A stretch of 64,000 nt of DNA, taken from the NCBI GenBank assembly GCA_963704905.1, contig CAVPHZ010000002.1, positions 203,011-267,010 on the forward strand, in the 5' to 3' direction. Source of the stretch: Candidatus Chisholmbacteria bacterium (GTDB lineage Bacteria > Patescibacteriota > Microgenomatia > UBA1400 > Chisholmbacteraceae). The notes below the pieces were generated by a model, which had not been told where the DNA came from, made no database searches, and worked only from the letters and a program-made list of their open reading frames with translations. Numbering within the stretch: the stretch's first letter is position 1; each line of letters starts with the position of its first letter. The position numbers were made by a program, and so were the translations under genes. Of the stretch, positions 59,220-64,000 are shown one piece after another.

Positions 59220-61253
59220 ATGAAACTCACACTAGACTCACCAGTTAGCGACGTACAAATGGTTGGTCCCGCCTATCAAAGGCGTCTAAAAAAGCTTGAA
59301 ATTAACACAGTGGGCGACTTACTCCTTCACGCACCTCACCGATATGAAGATTTTAGTCAAACATCAGAAATAGCCACTACCCAACCTGGAGAAACAGTAA
59401 CGGTCAAGGCAAGTATTATAGATAGCAAAAATATATTCACCAGATCAGGAAAACAACTTCAAAAACTTCTCGTACAAGACAAATCTGGGCAGCTCACGGC
59501 TACCTGGTTTAATCAACCATACATAGTGAATACATGTAAAGTCGGCCAGCAAATCTACCTGTCAGGCAAGATCGCCGGGTCTCCGCTAAATCGAGAATTG
59601 ATGGCTCCAGCATATGAAATCGTAAAACGCGAAGATCAAACGCCCATACATACAAATCGCATGGTTCCCATCTATCCAGAGACGGAAGGGCTAAGTTCCA
59701 AATGGCTCCGTAGTCGAATCGCCCCACTTATTAAAGATATCACGCCGACCATTGAAGATTGGTTACCTAGGGAAATCCGGCTTCAGGAAGATCTGCCATC
59801 TCTTTCAGAGTCAATCCAAAACATCCACTTTCCCAATAGCACTGCCGGTGCGCACCAGGCAAAAGCAAGATTGGCTTTTGATGAGATGTTTTTACTCCAA
59901 CTCTCCCAACTCAAAAAAAAGAAGGAGTGGAGCACAACCAAATCTGCTCACCAAATAGAATCAAGTCAGCTACACATTCAGGATCTAATAAATCAACTCC
60001 CCTTCAAACTGACCAGCGCCCAGACCCGCGTAACTCAGGAGATACTATCAGATCTTAGTCTATCTCATCCAATGAACCGACTACTTCAAGGAGATGTGGG
60101 TGCAGGAAAAACAATCATCGCTGCAATTGCCATGTTCACAGTCTGGAAAAACGGTGGAAAATCTGCATTCATGGCACCTACTGAAATTCTTGTACAGCAA
60201 CATCTCGACTCACTCCAAAAAGTGTTTGCTCCCTACAAAATCAAGATCGCAATCCTTACCGGAAAAAAGAAAAACATTCCCAAGGATTTCGATATGGTGA
60301 TTGGTACTCATGCATTGCTTTTCAGCTCACTTCAAAAACAAGATCTTTCACTCATCATCATTGATGAACAACACAGGTTTGGAGTCGAACAACGATCTAA
60401 ACTGATTCAGAAAAGCGGCGCTCCTCACCTGCTTACAATGACTGCCACTCCAATCCCACGTTCCGTAGCACTAACGCTCTACGGTAATCTCGATCTCTCC
60501 ATCCTTGATGAACTTCCAAAAGGAAGACGACAAGTTAAAACTTGGGTAGTTCCACCCAAAAAAAGGATCGCGGCATATGATTGGATACGCCAGAAACTTG
60601 AGACGGGAGAGCAGGCATTTATTGTCTGTCCGCTCATCGAAGAATCTGATCATGAAACCATGACTCAGGTAAAAGCTGCAACTCAAGAAATCAAGGACTT
60701 GCAATCTGGCCCACTTAAACATCTGTCCCTTGGATTGTTACACGGAAAAATGAAATCTCAGGACAAGGAAGATGTCCTAAATGATTTCCGTATGAAGAAA
60801 CTGGATGCGTTGATTACCACTCCTGTCGTAGAGGTCGGTATCGATATCCCAAATGCAACCATCATGACTATCGAAGGTGCAGAACGCTTCGGACTTGCCC
60901 AGCTCCACCAATTCCGAGGTAGAGTGGGTAGAAGTAACCTACAAAGTTATTGTCTACTCTTCACTTCCTCTGGAGTAGAGGTCAATCTGCGTCGTCTACG
61001 AGCCATTGAAACCATGCATGTTGGTATTCAGTTGGCTGAATTTGATCTCAAACTCAGAGGCCCAGGTGAAATGTACGGAACCAGACAGCATGGTTTTAGC
61101 CATCTCAAATTTGCCAGCCTTCAAGATGTACAATTGATATCTAGAACAAAGCTCTACGCAAGTAAAATTATAAAAAACGATCCGAAGCTCACTCATCATC
61201 CAAAACTCATGAAACAGGTAATGAAGCTTGAAAATCATTCCCGACCTAACTAA
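59220..61253 (+). CDS. recG: ATP-dependent DNA helicase RecG
   Basis: LLQGDVGAGKT, DEQHRFG, MTATPIPR, QFRGRVGR and DLKLRGPGE motifs. Confidence 0.97.
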   Translation: MKLTLDSPVSDVQMVGPAYQRRLKKLEINTVGDLLLHAPHRYEDFSQTSEIATTQPGETVTVKASIIDSKNIFTRSGKQLQKLLVQDKSGQLTATWFNQPYIVNTCKVGQQIYLSGKIAGSPLNRELMAPAYEIVKREDQTPIHTNRMVPIYPETEGLSSKWLRSRIAPLIKDITPTIEDWLPREIRLQEDLPSLSESIQNIHFPNSTAGAHQAKARLAFDEMFLLQLSQLKKKKEWSTTKSAHQIESSQLHIQDLINQLPFKLTSAQTRVTQEILSDLSLSHPMNRLLQGDVGAGKTIIAAIAMFTVWKNGGKSAFMAPTEILVQQHLDSLQKVFAPYKIKIAILTGKKKNIPKDFDMVIGTHALLFSSLQKQDLSLIIIDEQHRFGVEQRSKLIQKSGAPHLLTMTATPIPRSVALTLYGNLDLSILDELPKGRRQVKTWVVPPKKRIAAYDWIRQKLETGEQAFIVCPLIEESDHETMTQVKAATQEIKDLQSGPLKHLSLGLLHGKMKSQDKEDVLNDFRMKKLDALITTPVVEVGIDIPNATIMTIEGAERFGLAQLHQFRGRVGRSNLQSYCLLFTSSGVEVNLRRLRAIETMHVGIQLAEFDLKLRGPGEMYGTRQHGFSHLKFASLQDVQLISRTKLYASKIIKNDPKLTHHPKLMKQVMKLENHSRPN

Positions 61254-61288
61254 AATAAGAGGGTTCAAGCCCAGAATGGAGGAAATCA

Positions 61289-61441
61289 ATGGGAGCACTA
61301 CCAAAAAGAAAACTATCGACTATGCGAAAAGGAAAGCGACGCAGCGGAAAAATTCTAAACAACATCAATCTTATTAACTGTCCTCAGTGTGGTGAAAAAA
61401 AACTTCCGCATCAACTCTGTAAAGCCTGCGGACACAAATAG
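61289..61441 (+). CDS. rpmF: 50S ribosomal protein L32 (zinc-binding form)
   Basis: Manual translation MGALPKRKLSTMRKGKRRS...CPQCGEKKLPHQLCKACG; GGAGG SD. Confidence 0.93.
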   Translation: MGALPKRKLSTMRKGKRRSGKILNNINLINCPQCGEKKLPHQLCKACGHK

Positions 61442-61456
61442 TGATGAGGGGAAACA

Positions 61457-61834
61457 TTGAAAAGAGTAGACGACCCCAGACACAGAAAGCGAGAAGAAGC
61501 AATTAAACAACTTTTCGCAAATAGCTTTAACAGCAATGCGGAGCTTGGCTTATTAGCACAACAAACCATGAGTCTTGTCGGAAAAACCGATGAAATTATC
61601 CGTTCCTGTGCAACCGAGTGGCCAATTGATAAAATTAATAAGATTGACCTAGCCGTCCTTCGGCTGGCACTCACTGAATTACTCAAAACCGAAACGCCTC
61701 AGAAAGTGGTTATCGATGAGGCTGTAGAGCTTGCCAAAACATACGGGAGTGATTCAAGTCCTTCCTTCGTCAATGGTGTCTTAGGAAGTGCGCTCAAAGA
61801 ATTGGAAAATCAATCAGAAAAGAAAGGGAAATAA
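61457..61834 (+). CDS. nusB: Transcription antitermination factor NusB
   Basis: [19 protein letters not shown] and FVNGVLG motifs. Confidence 0.94.
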   Translation: MKRVDDPRHRKREEAIKQLFANSFNSNAELGLLAQQTMSLVGKTDEIIRSCATEWPIDKINKIDLAVLRLALTELLKTETPQKVVIDEAVELAKTYGSDSSPSFVNGVLGSALKELENQSEKKGK

Positions 61835-61835
61835 T

Positions 61836-62063
61836 ATGAACGAAGAAAAACGTGTGTTAAAGATCATTTCAGATCATTTGGGAGTTTCACCTGATGAGAT
61901 AACCATAGAATCTGAATTACGATCCGACCTGAACGCACAAGATCTGGAAATTGCAGATTTGCTAATGAAAATTGAAAAGGAATTTTCTACACAATTTGCA
62001 CCAGAGGATGTCAGAGAACTCGAAACCATTCGCGATATCATCGATTTAGTGAAGATCAGTTAA
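61836..62063 (+). CDS. acpP: Acyl carrier protein-like protein lacking the conserved Ser
   Basis: ACP pattern II..HLGV....I...S.L..DL....L....L.M.IEKEF and position before rnc; DSL is replaced by QDL. Confidence 0.75.
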   Translation: MNEEKRVLKIISDHLGVSPDEITIESELRSDLNAQDLEIADLLMKIEKEFSTQFAPEDVRELETIRDIIDLVKIS

Positions 62064-62085
62064 AAACTCAGTTAATAAATATTTC

Positions 62086-62769
62086 ATGATTTCAAGCAAA
62101 AATCATAAAAACATTCCAATTCAGAATGATGAGCTGAGAACCAGAGCGTTAACCCATCGTTCATGGTTAAACGAAAATGAGGGTATCAAGGCAAGGTCGA
62201 ACGAACGATTGGAGTTTCTCGGAGACGCGGTTTTGGAGCTCATCGTTACCGAGTATCTGTTTAACAAATTTCCTCTAGAACAAGAGGGAACACTCACCGC
62301 ATATCGTGCATCATTAGTCAGAACTGAAACATTGGCGAAGATAGGAAAAAAATTAAAACTCGGGGAAATGATTCGCTTATCTAATGGAGAAGAGATGAGC
62401 GGTGGACGAGATAACCAAAGTCTACTGGCAAATACATTTGAAGCAATTATTGGGGCAATCTATCTTGAATCAGGAAAGATTTCAGCAGAAACGTTTGTCA
62501 CAAAACATCTTCTTCCAGAGCTTGTACAAGTACGCGAAAACCATTTAGAAAAAGACCCTAAAAGCCTACTTCAAGAAAAAGTTCAATCCGACGGATATCC
62601 AGCTCCTTTTTACAAAGTACAAAAAGAAGCTGGCCCTGATCATGCAAAAACGTTTACCGTTGCCGTGTACATCAATAATAAAAAACTCTCTCAAGGGAAC
62701 GGAAAGAGCAAACAACAAGCACAGCAGAAGGCTGCAGCCCTAGCACTTGAGAAATATAGTCACGACTGA
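62086..62769 (+). CDS. rnc: Ribonuclease III
   Basis: NERLEFLGDAVL signature and C-terminal dsRBD. Confidence 0.97.
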   Translation: MISSKNHKNIPIQNDELRTRALTHRSWLNENEGIKARSNERLEFLGDAVLELIVTEYLFNKFPLEQEGTLTAYRASLVRTETLAKIGKKLKLGEMIRLSNGEEMSGGRDNQSLLANTFEAIIGAIYLESGKISAETFVTKHLLPELVQVRENHLEKDPKSLLQEKVQSDGYPAPFYKVQKEAGPDHAKTFTVAVYINNKKLSQGNGKSKQQAQQKAAALALEKYSHD

Positions 62770-62783
62770 TACAATTCCAAGTT

Positions 62784-63014
62784 ATGCTAAAGATCAAACT
62801 TTACCCCATGGGAAAAAGGAACCAAATTCAATACCGGATTGTCGTATCCGAGGCGAAAAGCAAGCGTGATGGAAAATATGTAGATCATCTTGGATATTAC
62901 AATCCTCACACCAATCCGCATACAGTAAAACTCGACAAAGATAAGTACAACAACTGGTTAGAAAAAGGAGCGAAACCGACTCAGACAGTTCGTCACCTAG
63001 CTGAAAAAGTATGA
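62784..63014 (+). CDS. rpsP: 30S ribosomal protein S16
   Basis: YRIVV...RDGK...LGYYNP and GAKPT motifs. Confidence 0.95.
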   Translation: MLKIKLYPMGKRNQIQYRIVVSEAKSKRDGKYVDHLGYYNPHTNPHTVKLDKDKYNNWLEKGAKPTQTVRHLAEKV

Positions 63015-63304
63015 CCTCATTATTATCCGATATTATCAAAGCCATCGTAGAGTATCCTGACGATGTTTCTATTCAAGAAGACTCTTCTCAAGCCGATTTT
63101 ATTGGTCTTGACCTGTCGGTGAACCCTGAAGATATGGGAAGGGTAATTGGAAAAGAAGGAAAAACAATTGGAGCAATTCGCTCTCTCATGCGTGTCGCAG
63201 GCAGAAAAAAGGGTGTTCGAGTGCGAGTTGAAATTGTGGAACCCAAATCAACTCAGCATCGAGACACAGATGGAGAGAATAAAAATCAAACTGAAACTGA
63301 CTAA
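63011..63304 (+). CDS. khpA: KH-domain RNA-binding protein KhpA
   Basis: DMGRVIGKEGKTI.AIR motif; follows rpsP. Confidence 0.9.
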   Translation: MTSLLSDIIKAIVEYPDDVSIQEDSSQADFIGLDLSVNPEDMGRVIGKEGKTIGAIRSLMRVAGRKKGVRVRVEIVEPKSTQHRDTDGENKNQTETD

Positions 63305-63999
63305 AACGGAGCAAAAAAATCTTCTCTCCCAATGATCTCGCTTGAACGCGTACTTGGTTCATACACCTGAAACTCCTCAAACCTCTCAAGTAGCTCAAAT
63401 TCTGATGCTGAAATGATATCCAAAGCTTTTGAAACAGGTGCGAGTTGATTAGGTAAAGGGACATAGAACAAGAGTAACTCCATTTTTGCTTGCGCTATCT
63501 CACCTCGAAGCTGCTCCTCCGGAACAACTCCACCCCTCCGTCGGGCTACTGGAACCAACTCAAGAGCAGTAATCCGTACAACAGGAGCTACTTGTTGAAT
63601 ATTCTCCAAAAAGTGTGTGACACCATCAATGCTCCCTTCAATTTCAAGTCCTAGCTCAAAACTTTCCAGTTGGGCTGAAACAACCCTATCCCTCGAAGAA
63701 GACGTTGGTTTTGGGGTTGGAGTTGGCCGGGTTTTGGATGAAGTGGATGCTTCAGCTGATTCAGTAGCAATGCTTCCAGGATTCAAGACAATCTCACCTA
63801 GAGCAACCTGAGACTCTCCAGAGAGTCCATTAAGTGCATGGAGCCATTCAATAACTGCCTTTTTTGTTGGTAATACGGTTTCAAGTGTTTCCACCTGTTT
63901 AATGAGAGTATCCTCATCCAAAGACGAAAGCGCTTGGACTTTTTCTTCAAGTTTATCAAGCTCTTTTTGACTTGAAACTAAACCGCTTCTAAGTTCAAT
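63301..63999 (-). CDS. PilO-like type IV pilus assembly protein, partial (5' end outside window)
   Basis: Coiled coil followed by LP...L..L...G...FL..I.....V.I pattern; frame open to the window edge. Confidence 0.6.
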   Translation of the reverse strand: MELRSGLVSSQKELDKLEEKVQALSSLDEDTLIKQVETLETVLPTKKAVIEWLHALNGLSGESQVALGEIVLNPGSIATESAEASTSSKTRPTPTPKPTSSSRDRVVSAQLESFELGLEIEGSIDGVTHFLENIQQVAPVVRITALELVPVARRRGGVVPEEQLRGEIAQAKMELLLFYVPLPNQLAPVSKALDIISASEFELLERFEEFQVYEPSTRSSEIIGREDFFAPF

Positions 64000-64000
64000 A

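Overview
A gene-dense bacterial chromosome segment using genetic code 11. Gene content suggests Patescibacteria/CPR, probably the Microgenomates group; this is an inference from trigger factor lacking its PPIase domain, short UvrC and PheT, an orphan peptide-binding protein after secG, and mostly CCA-less tRNAs. Main blocks: (i) a central-carbon operon eno-gpmI-acsA-2-oxoacid:ferredoxin oxidoreductase alpha/beta-mgtE-pgk; (ii) lexA divergent from uvrB-uvrA, then a transglutaminase-like gene and uvrC; (iii) secG, a peptide-binding protein, a PilB-like ATPase, a CAP protein, a FabH-like enzyme and inositol-1-phosphate synthase; (iv) a tRNA-rich accessory zone (26.7-48.1 kb) with 15 tRNAs; (v) thrS-infC-rpmI-rplT-pheST, PBP1A, tyrS, recG, rpmF-nusB-acp-rnc-rpsP-khpA and a partial PilO-like gene. 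Most notable observations: an ATP-grasp / glutamine amidotransferase / GCS2-like ligase / PLP aminotransferase cluster in which both ligase genes are preceded by related unannotated leader peptides with attenuator structures; a family of short TG-TTTAC...AGTG elements at tRNA 3' ends and inside a tRNA-Gly relic; a T-box with an ultrashort Stem I before thrS; a PheM-like attenuator before pheS; an acyl carrier protein lacking its phosphopantetheine serine; and a dual-coding overlap between the transglutaminase-like gene and uvrC. No CRISPR array, rRNA gene, integrase or transposase was seen.
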